From NCBI RefSeq assembly GCF_000981445.1, contig NC_027216.1, forward strand, positions 1,054,001-1,118,000: a stretch of 64,000 bases of DNA. Direction: 5' to 3'. The stretch comes from Babesia bigemina. Its lineage: Eukaryota. A program made the translations under genes and the position numbers. Shown here piece by piece: positions 1-12,114 of the stretch. The stretch's first letter is position 1; every line of letters begins with the position of its first letter. Below the pieces are notes generated by a model. The model saw only the letters and a program-made list of their open reading frames with translations. It did no database searches and was not told the origin of the DNA.

Positions 1-417
1 GACGTAGAGATGACGGACCCATACATGCAAGGGTGCGGAATTACTGACTCAAGAGATACTCTATTCAAGCCCGAGACACCCAAACTCTACAGCTCCATCA
101 TACGACACCCTCGCGGCTGCAAGATCGACATTCAGACTGCGGGTGAGGCGGCGTTCTACTGCCCAGCACCGTACGTCCTGGACCCACCCAACTGCTTCGA
201 CCAGGTCTCCGTGAACGGTGAAGTGAAGAACCTCAGCGACATCAGCCAGTCTTTGGTGGCTTCTCGAACTAAGCACTTCGTTACCTTGCGGTTCGACAGT
301 GAACTCATTGGACCCGGGGAAAAGCTGCGCCAGACCCCGCCACTTGAATGCCGCTGCGTCACCGTCAAAGGCATCGTCCTCTCCACCATCCAGATTGGGA
401 ACTACTACAACAAGTAA
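1..417 (+). CDS. 6-Cys (s48/45 domain) protein, C-terminal part; truncated at window start
   Basis: Frame is open from base 1. Cys pattern QGCG...GCKIDI...AFYCPAPY.LDPPNCFDQV...LECRC is typical of s48/45 domains. Confidence 0.8.
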   Translation, partial: DVEMTDPYMQGCGITDSRDTLFKPETPKLYSSIIRHPRGCKIDIQTAGEAAFYCPAPYVLDPPNCFDQVSVNGEVKNLSDISQSLVASRTKHFVTLRFDSELIGPGEKLRQTPPLECRCVTVKGIVLSTIQIGNYYNK

Positions 418-1352
418 CAAGTAGCTCAGATTTGGTCACTCTTTTGGCAATGAACCACTTTAATTGTCATTGTTCATGTTGGTCGATCTGGTGGTTTGTG
501 TCACGCGTGAGAGAATTGCTTTGGGTAGAGTGTTGCGATTATAATTGCCAGTCTAACGACATATTCTTGTGTTGTCGTAGCTTTTTGTAACTAGCGTGAA
601 TGGCCATGGGCCCGGTGAAGACCGTACTGTGGAATTACATGTCACAACCACTTAGTTGGGCACTGTCTACCGCAGGCATTAGGAAGATGCAACTTAGAGG
701 TTTGCATCTCCGTTCGCATTTTGAAACCTTAACAATGCCCTTAACACACGACAAAGAGCAATACGTGGTACCTTGAACGGGACTTCACTGAGCCCCCAAT
801 TTGGGTGAGCAATTACTGCGGCGGTGCCTGAGCACGTTGGTCGACCGCTGGGAGTGGGTGGCTAGACCGTGTGGATTTCACCCTATTTAGGCGAATCTCG
901 GTCATTCTTTGCCTATGTATGAGTTAATCTTCGGTGTGGTGGCATTTATCGTCAGCATCGTCATAAGTCTCGAGGTCGTAACCCCAGAATGCACCCTAGC
1001 AGAGGCTTTGAGGGGCGCCCCGCAAACATGGCCACCCACTTATTAGTTACCCCGCAGGAGTTGCTACGCAAGTGCGCACAATGCCAGTCTATGTCGGGTA
1101 TCCACATTTTCAGAGTTTGAGTGGAAGTGACTGCAATTTGATGGAGATTATGCTGGCACCATAACCAGTCATAGTTTAGTTAACCGTGATTAGCAAGAAC
1201 GTGCAGGAGCAGCCAGCATTGAAAGCACGCTTACGAGAGCGTACCTTGAGAGCAGCCGGGTTGTGTATCTCTACCTGAAGACGGTACTTTGAGGTTCAGG
1301 TACACTGCTAATTTTTGTCCGCGGCAGTGCTTTTGAAACCGTCACGTGCAAG

Positions 1353-3095
1353 ATGGCTGTGTCAGCAGCAGAGAATGAACAAACCTATCAGGCAGTAAGT
1401 GATTCTACGGACTGCAATAGTCATGCGAAACACAACGAGGATGGGAATGAGGGAATGCTGATGGATATTAGCGAAATGAAGGCAACGGTGGAGGATAAGA
1501 TGGAAACGAGGGAGTCGCTACAGGATATTAACGAAATGAAGGCAACGGTGGAGGATAAGATGGAAACGAGGGAGTCGCTACAGGATATTAACGAAATGAA
1601 GGCAACGGTGGAGGATAAGATGGAAACGAGGGAGTCGCTACAGGATATTAGCGAAATGAAGGCAACGGTGGAGGATAAGATGGAAACGAGGGAGTCGCTA
1701 CAGGATATTAACGAAATGAAGGCAACGGTGGAGGATAAGATGGAAACGAGGGAGTCGCTACAGGATATTAGCGAAATGAAGGCAACGGTGGAGGATAAGA
1801 TGGAAACGAGGGAGTCGCTACAGGATATTAACGAAATGAAGGCAACGGTGGAGGATAAGATGGAAACGAGGGAGTCGCTACAGGATATTAACGAAATGAA
1901 GGCAACGGTGGAGGATAAGATGGAAACGAGGGAGTCGCTACAGGATATGAGGGAAATGATGAAGTTGCTGAAGGATATGAGGGAAATGATGAAGTCGCTG
2001 AAGGATATGAGGGAAACGATGGAGTCGCTGAAGGATATGAGGGAAATGATGGAGTCGCTGAAGGATATGAGGGAAACGAAGGAGATAGCTGAGACGATGA
2101 AATCGTTAGTAGACTTGTTGCAGCGTGGCTTGTTACATAAATACGTCGTTGCTCCATGCGTGTTGAAAACGCCACATCCGGATGGTGGAGCAGGGACCTC
2201 ACCCTCCGGTAGCGGTCAACAGCAGTTGTGTTCTGCTCCTCCGCAATCACAACATGCCAGTTCACAAGCTCAGTCGGTAAACATACCCGAAACTTGTGTG
2301 GTTAAAAAATCGCCTAATTTAACGGCCCATCAACAAGTGGTGTACAATTCGCTGATCTATGTCCCTCGCAACTTCAAGGAGGCTGTTGACTGGTTGATTG
2401 CCGTGAGGGGAGATGATGGAATGAAGAACTTGAAGGCTTTGGGCGCGGCGCTTTACGATTTTTACGCACACATGTCAGGTAGATTCACAGAGGTGTCAGA
2501 TCTAGATAAAGTCATACGCGTTTCTAGAGAGTTCTTAGAGCAAGAGAAGCTTAAAAAGCGTCGATCCGTTAAGCGTATTCTGATCAAACTAAATGATCGT
2601 TTGCGTAAAACACCCGATCAGCTAGCCAAGCGCATTGGCTCTGCACACGATACAAAGAACGAGAAGTACTTACAAAAAAAGGGTCTCACTGCTGACACCA
2701 TCGCAGAAAACCTATGTTGCGTCGTGGATGCTTGTGCGGAGTTCCTGGGAAGAATAAAGAACCGCAGTCACTACAAGTCTGCTTACAGTCCGCAGGCGAC
2801 GTGGGATGCGTCATTTTCGGCTCATCCGGAAACTGGCGTAGTAATCTTCGTGGGTATTGCGCCAATGTTATGCGCAAGCATATCATCTTTGAATGCTGCT
2901 GTGTTTGCTGCGATGTTGAGATTTCCGCCGTTTATTGCGTATAAGCGTATGCAGGAGTTGATACAAGCCTTGGGTTACGTAGAGCCAGAATGCCGCGCTG
3001 GCATGACGGCTTCGTATGTCGGAGATGCCTTGGAAGGTTTTGAAGAGACAATTATCTTCCTTTACGAACTCGCTGGCTTCTGGATTTTCTACTGA
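1353..3095 (+). CDS. VESA-like multigene-family protein with N-terminal tandem-repeat coiled coil
   Basis: 580-aa single ORF. YNSL..VPRNFKEAVDWLIAVRG resembles the VESA N-terminal P.NLKEAIDW motif. YKSAYS..ATWDAS, GIAPML, ALGY.EPECR and LY.LAGFW.FY recall short ves-like Babesia families. Confidence 0.65.
   Translation: MAVSAAENEQTYQAVSDSTDCNSHAKHNEDGNEGMLMDISEMKATVEDKMETRESLQDINEMKATVEDKMETRESLQDINEMKATVEDKMETRESLQDISEMKATVEDKMETRESLQDINEMKATVEDKMETRESLQDISEMKATVEDKMETRESLQDINEMKATVEDKMETRESLQDINEMKATVEDKMETRESLQDMREMMKLLKDMREMMKSLKDMRETMESLKDMREMMESLKDMRETKEIAETMKSLVDLLQRGLLHKYVVAPCVLKTPHPDGGAGTSPSGSGQQQLCSAPPQSQHASSQAQSVNIPETCVVKKSPNLTAHQQVVYNSLIYVPRNFKEAVDWLIAVRGDDGMKNLKALGAALYDFYAHMSGRFTEVSDLDKVIRVSREFLEQEKLKKRRSVKRILIKLNDRLRKTPDQLAKRIGSAHDTKNEKYLQKKGLTADTIAENLCCVVDACAEFLGRIKNRSHYKSAYSPQATWDASFSAHPETGVVIFVGIAPMLCASISSLNAAVFAAMLRFPPFIAYKRMQELIQALGYVEPECRAGMTASYVGDALEGFEETIIFLYELAGFWIFY
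1463..1948 (+). repeat. Coding tandem repeat, 8 x 60 bp (DI[S/N]EMKATVEDKMETRESLQ)
   Basis: Eight copies, identical except one G/A site (G at 1471, 1651 and 1771). Confidence 0.98.
1943..2090 (+). repeat. Coding tandem repeat, ~5 x 30 bp (DMREMMESLK-like)
   Basis: The ggatatgagggaaa..at.gagtcgctgaa unit directly follows the 60-bp array. Confidence 0.92.
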
Positions 3096-4069
3096 ATAGG
3101 GCATGCAATGGCTGGATAAGCCGCCACGCGTTGCTTCTGAGCCCGCAATACAGTGGGTTGGCGTCTCTTCACCACTCAGTAAACATCCCAAGTTTTTGAA
3201 ATGCACTCGTAGCGAGCTTTGTGAATACGGTCTTCATCCACTGCACTGGCGTGGAAAACAACTATGGGCGACTCGTGAATCGAGCTCGTGACGCAATAGG
3301 ATCTGCTTTCATGCAACGCCATACAACGAAATGTCTGCATACCCGACTCCATGTGGCAACGGAAAGTTCATTAACAAAGCCGAGCACTACTCCACATCAC
3401 CTTGGGTGAACGATGTATCAATACTGCTTGGCGTAGCTTGCTAGCATAGCAGTTGCGAAAATACACGGCGCATGTTAAGTGCAAAGCATACTGATGCTTA
3501 AACCTAGTATGACCTCACAGCTTAACATTTGATCTTATTAACTATCCTGACTATCTACGCTGACAATTCGTGCAGAACATGCAGGGATGGTGTTACTGCG
3601 TATCGATGTGAAGTTTCCGTTTTTGAGCTCTGTATCGCCCGCTTGTCATCACAAGTGTTATGGTGATAAACGGCAGGTAAAGTGGGCAATAGCAGTGATG
3701 GCGACTACATTCGGCAACAGGACAACATGGCACCCGCAACCAGCATCAGAGTGAGGCGGTGGCTCCGCTGAACCGAAAAACAGCCCTAGGCACGTAGCCA
3801 CATAGCACACCATCAAATACGGTCACGGGAATCGTGTATAACTAAACGCAGTCTCTTTTCACGTAACACTAATGGACCAACTCGTGCAGCAATACTGCTC
3901 CCAGTAATCGAGTATTTCAAGCGTCCAATTCTTCGCACCTCTGAATGAGCACTTCGACGATTAAGTTATGATACCTGGCCTGAGCGTTCATGTAAACTGT
4001 ACAAGCTGCTATACAACACGCATAAAAATGTTAGAAAAAATAGTTTCTGTTTTCGAATCGATTAAAAAA

Positions 4070-5743
4070 TTACATTGGTGGTGTGCCATCTCTACCGGAA
4101 ATGAGCTTATGGCAGAATATCACCACGATGTAGATGATCGCCGACATTATGCCACTGCAGAATATCGTTGTGATCCAAGTAACGAAAATTTTTCGGTACA
4201 ACATCAAGTTAACGCCATTTGTAGTAATGCGTTTGAGAATAGGGAACTTCGCCCAAATCTTATGTGACGGAGGCTTCAGCTCAATTACTGGTACTTCGTC
4301 GTGGAGCTCCTGTGTCTTCAGGTTTTCCACAAGTCCTACCCCTAGTATGCTCGAAACAGTGGAATGCGTAGAGCTCAGTGGTATTCCCAACTGGCTGAGA
4401 ATGAGCACGATGCTGCCTGCCGTCGTGTCGATCGTGTAACCCCTCGAGGGGGTCACCCGAGTAAGTTTCAGTCCCACAGTTTTGATTACCTTGTATCCGA
4501 ACAGCGCGAGGCCACAGGCCATACATAGGCCCCCAGCAAGCAGAATGTACCACGGCGTAAAATCGTTGCTCTTTTCCACCCCATGCATATATAGCATCAA
4601 CACAGTCGCGAATGGCGCCACAGCGTTCGCCGTGTCGTTTGCACTGTGGGATATGATGACGGTGACGGCACCTATAACTTGCATCGCTGAGAACATGACC
4701 TCAGTCTTATGGTTATCCGTTTGCTTTGCATTTTCCACAACTTGTTGAGTTCTTTCCTCATCATCTATAGCGCTTTGTAACAACGTTTCGTAGGCAGACC
4801 GCGAGGTACCAATGTTTGATATATCGACGATCTCAAGTTTGCTTCTTCCTACTTTCAGTTCCATCGAATGAGACCTTCCTTCTGAAGATATTTGCCTTGA
4901 TGGTGAGTTGCGTTTCACTCCCAATTCTTTGTTTGTGTCATTCTGATTTTCCAGAAATGACCACCCAGCTTTATTTCGCATGGATCCACAGATATATACA
5001 AACGGGACTGTTATCGCAAGGAAACAAGTCATTATTATGACAACAACGGCGGCTTTATTGCCGTTAGATGCATTGAACCATTGTTGGTAATCATGCAATA
5101 GCCCCTCTTCGGCCTTAACCTTCATGATCGGTGTTTCGAACGCCAAAAATACAACTAGCGGGATCGCCGTGATGGCGAGCAGAAGCCAGAGCGAACAATA
5201 CAGTACCTTGTATGATTTCTTCCTCTTCAGTATAGCTTCTTGCAGCAACAGGTACATAGTGCAGCTGACTGCAACAGCAAGCAGGGGCACACCGATCCAT
5301 GAAAGCATGATGTAGAACATTTGCATCCACCTAACGCTATTCACACGACCTGAAGCTACGCCGAACCCTGCGAGAGCCCCAATAATAGAGTGTGTCGTAG
5401 AGACAGGCATCCCTGACAAGGTGGCAAATAACAACCAAATCGCTGCACTGGCGGTTGCGCACATCATACCCATTGCCAGATCCTGGGGAGCATCTTTGAA
5501 CGCACCGAAGTTCAGCACCTTTGTCCGTATAGCGTCGGTGACAGACCCTCCCAGTAGAATGGCACCAAGAATCTCAAAGACAACTGCAATAGAAATAGCG
5601 CCGCGAAGTTTTAGCGAGCCACTTCCCACAGACGTAGAGAACGCATTAGCAACATCGTTTGCGCCAATTGCCAATGCCAAGAATCCGCTCACTATACCCG
5701 AAGTGATGACGATCCACAGCAGCTCCGGATGCGAGACATCCAT
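4070..5743 (-). CDS. PiT: Na+/inorganic phosphate symporter, PiT/PHO4 family
   Basis: Two PHO4 signatures: GANDVANAF...PVSTTHS and SANDTANA...PLSSTHS. Multiple TM helices. First ATG is at 5743 (the ORF track start is TTG). Confidence 0.93.
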   Translation of the reverse strand: MDVSHPELLWIVITSGIVSGFLALAIGANDVANAFSTSVGSGSLKLRGAISIAVVFEILGAILLGGSVTDAIRTKVLNFGAFKDAPQDLAMGMMCATASAAIWLLFATLSGMPVSTTHSIIGALAGFGVASGRVNSVRWMQMFYIMLSWIGVPLLAVAVSCTMYLLLQEAILKRKKSYKVLYCSLWLLLAITAIPLVVFLAFETPIMKVKAEEGLLHDYQQWFNASNGNKAAVVVIIMTCFLAITVPFVYICGSMRNKAGWSFLENQNDTNKELGVKRNSPSRQISSEGRSHSMELKVGRSKLEIVDISNIGTSRSAYETLLQSAIDDEERTQQVVENAKQTDNHKTEVMFSAMQVIGAVTVIISHSANDTANAVAPFATVLMLYMHGVEKSNDFTPWYILLAGGLCMACGLALFGYKVIKTVGLKLTRVTPSRGYTIDTTAGSIVLILSQLGIPLSSTHSTVSSILGVGLVENLKTQELHDEVPVIELKPPSHKIWAKFPILKRITTNGVNLMLYRKIFVTWITTIFCSGIMSAIIYIVVIFCHKLISGRDGTPPM

Positions 5744-5959
5744 CTTTGATAGAATCGGAGAATACAATGGACAATCTCAAAGGCGTATCTACATCTTTTA
5801 AAACCCAAAACAATTGACAGTGACGGATCTCACGCGGTCAGTATCGGTAACGCCACTTAGGCTGTCACTCCCCATGGTACACCGTAGCACACAGCTGAGC
5901 AGTGTGCTAGACTCTCCTTACCAGACAGACTTATTGTATTAAAATGTAGCCTTTTAAGC

Positions 5960-8900
5960 ATGTCTCTCACCGGCAAGTGTGCTTGCGTTGAGAAGCTATC
6001 GCAGCTTCACGCGACGGTACTCAGTGATCTTCATCCTTGCAAAGAACAGGTCTATGAAGCGCGTGTGTCACAGTTGCAAAGTACGATAGACACATTGCAA
6101 TTAAGGTAATGACTTGAGTATGAACACATTTTGCGTTCGGCGTCTTAATCATTATTTACTCATCGGTGTTTTCAATGCTCTTCAGGAATGCCGATCTCTG
6201 CACACAGCTGGCCGATATACGCTCTAGAATAGCCGCTGACCCTTTTCTGAGCTCCAAGTTTCAATGTGTGACGGAGAAATCGAGTGAAGAGCCGTCACGC
6301 ATCTACGGTGTTAACTTGGATCCCACGTCGAGTCCCGCTGATGTCTATCGCCAACTCTGTGTTTTAGCGGTAAGTTGTGGCGACCCAAATGAGCATCACG
6401 AGCATTTTTTGCAGGATCGTAATCGTGATCTCGAGAGCCGCCTGTTTACCGAGCAGGCCATCTCTATGTCATGGAAGCACAAAATAAACAGCCTAGAGCA
6501 GCGTCTGAAGGAACAACTCGACGACTTAGTATATATAACTAGGGATGTTACGTGTATGAAAGATGTTGATTGTGCGGGGAAACGTTCAGATCGGCGCGAA
6601 GCTCTCACGAAGGAGGCGCTCGAACTGCTAAAGCTTGCCCGTTTGCGCATAGACGGAGACCGGACTCGTAAGTGTTCGTGAGTGTAACGCGATATAATGG
6701 TTGTATAGGAATGGAGATGTACGCTAATCGCATTGCGGATCTAGAGAGAGAGCTACTAGAACATAGGCTCAAAGCCTCGGATGCTGCAAGCCAACTGGTG
6801 AGCAGTGGTTCTTGCGGTGATTTTTCAAGTGGTATGAGGGAACCGCAATAAAATTTTGCTGTTGAGTTATCATTCTTGTTCATAGAGCTTAGTAGTAGTC
6901 ATCCTTATTTGCGAACTCGGTTAATGTGTTGTTTACAATTGTCTATCAAGGTGGTCATTTACTAGATAGTTAAGAGCCCTTGAATGATGTGGTTGTCGCA
7001 TGCTAGCATCAAATTGATGCCCCATTAATTTTATTCCAGGACCACTCTTCAGCTGCCGCCGCCATATCGCAACGTCAAGCGGATATAACAGGAGGAAGGC
7101 CGGCGTCGACGTACCCACTCCGGCATGCAGCACAACCTGACAGTTGCGTCGCATTTGGAACTAGCGCGTTAATGCGCGAATTGGAAATGTCCAAGGGCTC
7201 ACTCAGACACGGTGTGTGGAATAATGTCGATGGCGGATGCAATGTGGAATTATCGCAAAGCGAGTTACTTTCTCATTCTGCTTCTGCCTCGCAAGAAGAC
7301 GACCGTAGAAAGCTCATTCGACTTTACAGTGACATATTGACACTCATACGGAAGAATAATGTGCAGGCAATTCCTCCAGTGACCCAGATGAGATCTATGC
7401 TTAGGACGGGGTCACAGGTAGATCGTAATAGCGAATCGGGGACAGGGGAAACGCCAATCAATAACTTTCCTATACCACCCCATAAAGTAGATGAAGACCG
7501 CATAGATAAAGCCGTCGCTAAAAATCATGACTATCATATCACCCCTGGCGACCTTGCTTGCATGCCTAGCGTGTCTGTGGTCAAGCGTGAAGATGATGCA
7601 TCGAGAACTGTTCGTGCACAGCCGAGTGCAGCGTCTAATACAGATGAATCTGCATTTTCCTTAGAAGAACGTCTGATTTCGACCTCAAAGACTTTGCCAA
7701 GGAATGAAAGCGAAAATTCCGATCCCGCCGACGATTCACGCCAGGGTGACACACTTCTTCTCTCATCAGAATCGGCAACTGAAACTCAGAGCGCCAGATT
7801 TACAGATGTAAACACACAGATGGATGATTCGCCTTCCAGCGATGACACGGTTATGCTGTCTTCCAGTTCGATGGACAACGGTTCGCCTGTATCCAGCGAC
7901 ACTTGTGATGGTTCACACCATGACGGCTCAGCTCCCGACGACGTGTCTATGGCCATAGGCGTCACCAATTGTGAATCGAATCAATCTGTGAAGATTCCAG
8001 ATGATATATCTGAGGACTTGGCTTCGTCATCTGCCAGGTTGGGCAGCAGTGACACTTCCATCTCAAATCCACGTGCGGATGGGGAAGTCAAGTCAAGTCA
8101 TTTAGGTTCCCGGTTGTCATCGGTTGAACATGTCGCTGACAAGTTTGACCATCCTTCACCTGCGGTTGAAGTCACGAGCAAAATTTGCACCATGACCCCC
8201 GAGCCAGTTAATGGTACCGCCAGCGTTTCGGGCACTCCTCGAAGTTCCAGTGCCTCATCGCTGCACGATAACACAAAACCCGCGGAATCTGGGGTGTTGG
8301 CGGGGTCTGATAGCCCATTAGAGTCACGTTTCTCGGATTCGCCGTCGTCTCTAGGTAAGGGGTCGCCAGATGTATCATCGCAAATCTTGCGGGGCCATGA
8401 GAGCAAATCCGTAGAATTCAATGGTATAGATATACCTCTAAGTGAGCTTCCAAGTTATGAATTCGGCACTGCGTGTGAAAATTCTATGGAGGATCAAACC
8501 ATGAGAAGAGGCGATACCCTTTCCGTGAATGGTTTGAAATCGTTCGTGAGCGCACAGAAACGTGAGATGTTGGATGCGTTGCTTCTGTTGCTGCAAGGCG
8601 TGCCAGTGTTGAATGAGCTATCTGAAGAACGGCTACGAGGTCTGCTACCATATTTCAAACTCCAATCTTATTCTCCTCGTGCTGCAATTATCCTTGCTGG
8701 TGAGCAACCGCGTTGTTTTTATATCCTCGCGTCTGGTATGGTGTCTGCATATTCGTATGAGAGTTTCGACAAGCCTAATCGCTTACTGCGCCGGTATTTG
8801 AACGCGGACTATTTCGGAGAGCTTTCATTGATTAACAATCGAACGTGTACCTCCTACATCATAGCTGAGGGCCATGTCACCGTTCATGCCATGGAGGGCC

Positions 8901-11900
8901 AGGATTTTGTTGAGCAGTTATCGGATTTGTTTCCCAAGTTCATGGAGCGTGCCATGGCGGAATATGACAAGTCAAACTGGCGTTCAACTGTTTCTCCCAG
9001 CCCACGCGTTAACCGAAAGGCCGTCGAGGACCTACCCGACATAACGACATTCATAAGCAATGTGCCGATAATATCAACGGCCTCTCATATGGATTCATTC
9101 ATCAGCTCGTTTGCTTATAGAAAGTTTGGGGCCAAGGAGGTTATTGCCACTTCGCTGACCTCGCTGCCATACTTGTACGTTGTCTATCGCGGCAGTGTGG
9201 CTGTTCAGTTGCGAGAGTCTGAGAGCGCGGAAGTAAGCGAGTTTGCAGTGCTAGACCCTATGTCATTCATTGGAGGTGTATGTTTCGTCGATCCACACGT
9301 ACAATGGCTGAGTTCGGCATCCCTCGTTGCAACCAGCGAGACAATTTTATTGTTCGTGGAGGCTGACACATTAGAGATGCAACCAGAAAACTGGAAAACT
9401 CACGTGCGTACGTACCAGGAGCAATTTTTCGTCGACAAGATGGTTGAACGCAAGCTGCTGCAGGGCGTGGAGAAATTGTCTGCACCACCCAAGGAAATTA
9501 CACACTCTGGGTCACTATCGGATGCGTTGATTAGTTCTGACAGTGGAGGCTTTAGCGACGGGTTAAACGAGAACAGCAGCATAACATCGGATAGGTCGCC
9601 TCAGTCGCTCCATGCGATGGGGGACATGTCGCCAGGCCAAGCGTCTTCATCTGCAGTTTCAACGGTTAAGGAAGAGGATGAATGCAGTGATTTAATGGAT
9701 TCGGTGTTGCCATCGCCAAAATCATCTGTGACATCTGACGACCTTTCGTCGGTTTCGAGCCAGATGCTGGAAGACACGTCTGCTGTTGTGCGCACAGGTT
9801 CATATAAGCTGTTGAATATACAGCGATCGCCAGTTAACGACGTAAAGAGCGGCGTCACTCCGGGGACCACCACCGCTCTTATTAAGGGTGTGGAGAAGAA
9901 AGCTTCCAACTTCACTGCATATACCCCCCCTACTGGACATGAAACCAGTATATCTTCACCTGTTAAAGATATAAGCCGAGATATTGACAAGAATCCGATC
10001 GCCGAGGACGATTGCCGTAGTCTGATAAGTGAATCTGACCAGTTTCGAGAAAGCGATCGCAGCGAGTCGCTTGCGTCCGATTGCATGGTTTCGGATCGCA
10101 ATGTTGATAATAAGCTTAACACGGAGGATAATACAGATGAACGGGATGTTGATGCAAACGCGACGCCACGTAGTTTTGCTCGCAAAATGAAGCGCGCACC
10201 AACTGGTATATTCAAAAACGATCGGAAAACTGCGCAACAAACCTTAAACAAAGCTCCGCGAGGCACCGTAGGGTCAACTACTGAGTTACCTGCAACATAC
10301 AGAAGCAGTGTGGGTGATACCGAGTTGCGTGATTCCTCCATAGATAGCATGATCGACGAAACCGACGGGCTATCTGATGATACCTCATTTGATTCTGATC
10401 TATCTGATCTTCCCTCCTCCTCGTTTTCAGATTGCAGTAGCGTTACGCCGAAGAACTACGACGAGAATACAGTAAATGCGTCAAAGGATTTGTTAATTGC
10501 CACCCTAAAGTGCAAGTGTACATCTTTGGGCGCTGCTTTCACTTTCATGGATGCCAATAACTGCGGCGTGGTTTTCCGGCAACGTTTTTACGATGCGATT
10601 GAGGAACTCGGCATTGCATCAATTGAGTCCTCCGAGTTACCATATTTGTTCGATTTGCTGAGGGAGAATGATCGTGAGGTCATGACAGTGGCATCACTCT
10701 ACCGCAACAGTGGTGAGCGCGTTAGTACAGCCCAGGAATTCTGCACACGTTTAAAACATGTCCACGGAAGTTCTCGCGTCGCCTTTGAAAAACATTTCGG
10801 GCCGCTGAAAATGAGCTCAACTTGTGCCGAAGCTGACTTCCTGATATTGGCCATGAACGTGGGAGTGGAGGAGGACGATGCACGAAAAATCTTCAAGACG
10901 TTGGACATATGTGGGAATAGCTACGTTACAATACTAACCATGCTAAAGCTGATGCGTGGGGATTGGACCTTAGATGTCGCGTTAGAGAAGGAGCAAGCTG
11001 CTGTGTCCAGCTACAACCAAATCGTTGGCTACTGGCAGAATGATGATTATGAGTCGTTTCGTAAAGAATTTTCCAACCCTTATATATGCGTGTTCGACAT
11101 TCTGGAATATGGCGTGGACGTGTCGCAGGTGGATTGCGGATGGGAGGAAGTTACGTCGCTGGCTATTGACTCGTCAACCAAATCGCATTATGTGGACACT
11201 CTCATAATTCCCACTTTGGAAACTCACTCCTATTTCAGGCAGCTTTCGCCAATCCAGATAAGGTTCGTAGCATCTCTGTTCGTTGAGTCTCGAAGTAAGA
11301 CGGGCACTGTGATATTCTCTCAGGGCGATGACGATTTCCCCTTGTATATCGTCCTGTCGGGCCAGGTGCACTCCACATATATAACCTACCTCTACACTGA
11401 GTCTACGTCGACGGACGTAATTGTTGGCAGCTTGTTAGAATTCGATTGCTTTATATCGGGCCAGCAATCGCCCTGTACGTACAAGGTTGGATCTATTGGC
11501 CCCGCAGTTCTGGCGTCCATTGCGAAAGCTATGTTTAGAGAGGCCGTGCAACCTATCATCGACGTGAGGTCAAAGCGGGTACCTGTGATTTCCACGTTTT
11601 TAAGTAAGGTGCCTTGCCTTGAGGGACTAGACCCCGAGGTCATAGACCGCATTGCGTGCGCGAGCGTTGTACGCAAAAGGAAAAACCACGAAACGATCAT
11701 TCGTGAAGGCGACTCTACAGAGTGGATGTACATCATATTTGACGGTTCAGTGGACATAAAGGTGTCCAGCGCTGCTAATCAAATCGCTGATTCTGTGACG
11801 TCCACAGGTCTTCTTGGTGCTGAGGAGGTGGCTTTTTCTCTCCCGAGCTACGTGAGTACAGCTATAGCTAATTCGTCGACAGTGTTACTCATTGGGTGGC

Positions 11901-12079
11901 TGGCGTCCTCCTTTGCGACAGCATTCGGGGATGCCGCCGAGCGCATACGCGAAGCCTCCCGCGAGGCATCTCTAGTGCGCTCCAACTCGCTGAAAACGCC
12001 CGATCAGCAATCGCAGAGGCTACTTTCGAAGTCCACAAAAACAGTATCGTTCTCTATCAACAGAACTAAAAACGCTTAA
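5960..12079 (+). CDS. Large cyclic-nucleotide-binding-domain + EF-hand protein; exons 5960-6016, 6050-6105, 6186-6667, 6709-6797, 7040-12079
   Basis: GT-AG junctions join in phase from ATG 5960 into the 7172 ORF. Contains an N-terminal coiled coil, four CNB-like domains (e.g. FYILASGMV...YFGELSL) and EF-hand-like loops DANNCGVV and DICGNSYV. Confidence 0.75.
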
Positions 12080-12114
12080 CCGTTACATCGGTTTTAATGT
12101 TGGAATTATTGTGG

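Noticed and set aside
1463..1948. CRISPR-like array
   Set aside because: Head-to-tail repeats with no spacers, in frame within a eukaryotic CDS.
6166..6681. Stand-alone 171-aa gene
   Set aside because: GTG start and flanking splice sites; it is exon 3 of the cNMP/EF-hand gene.
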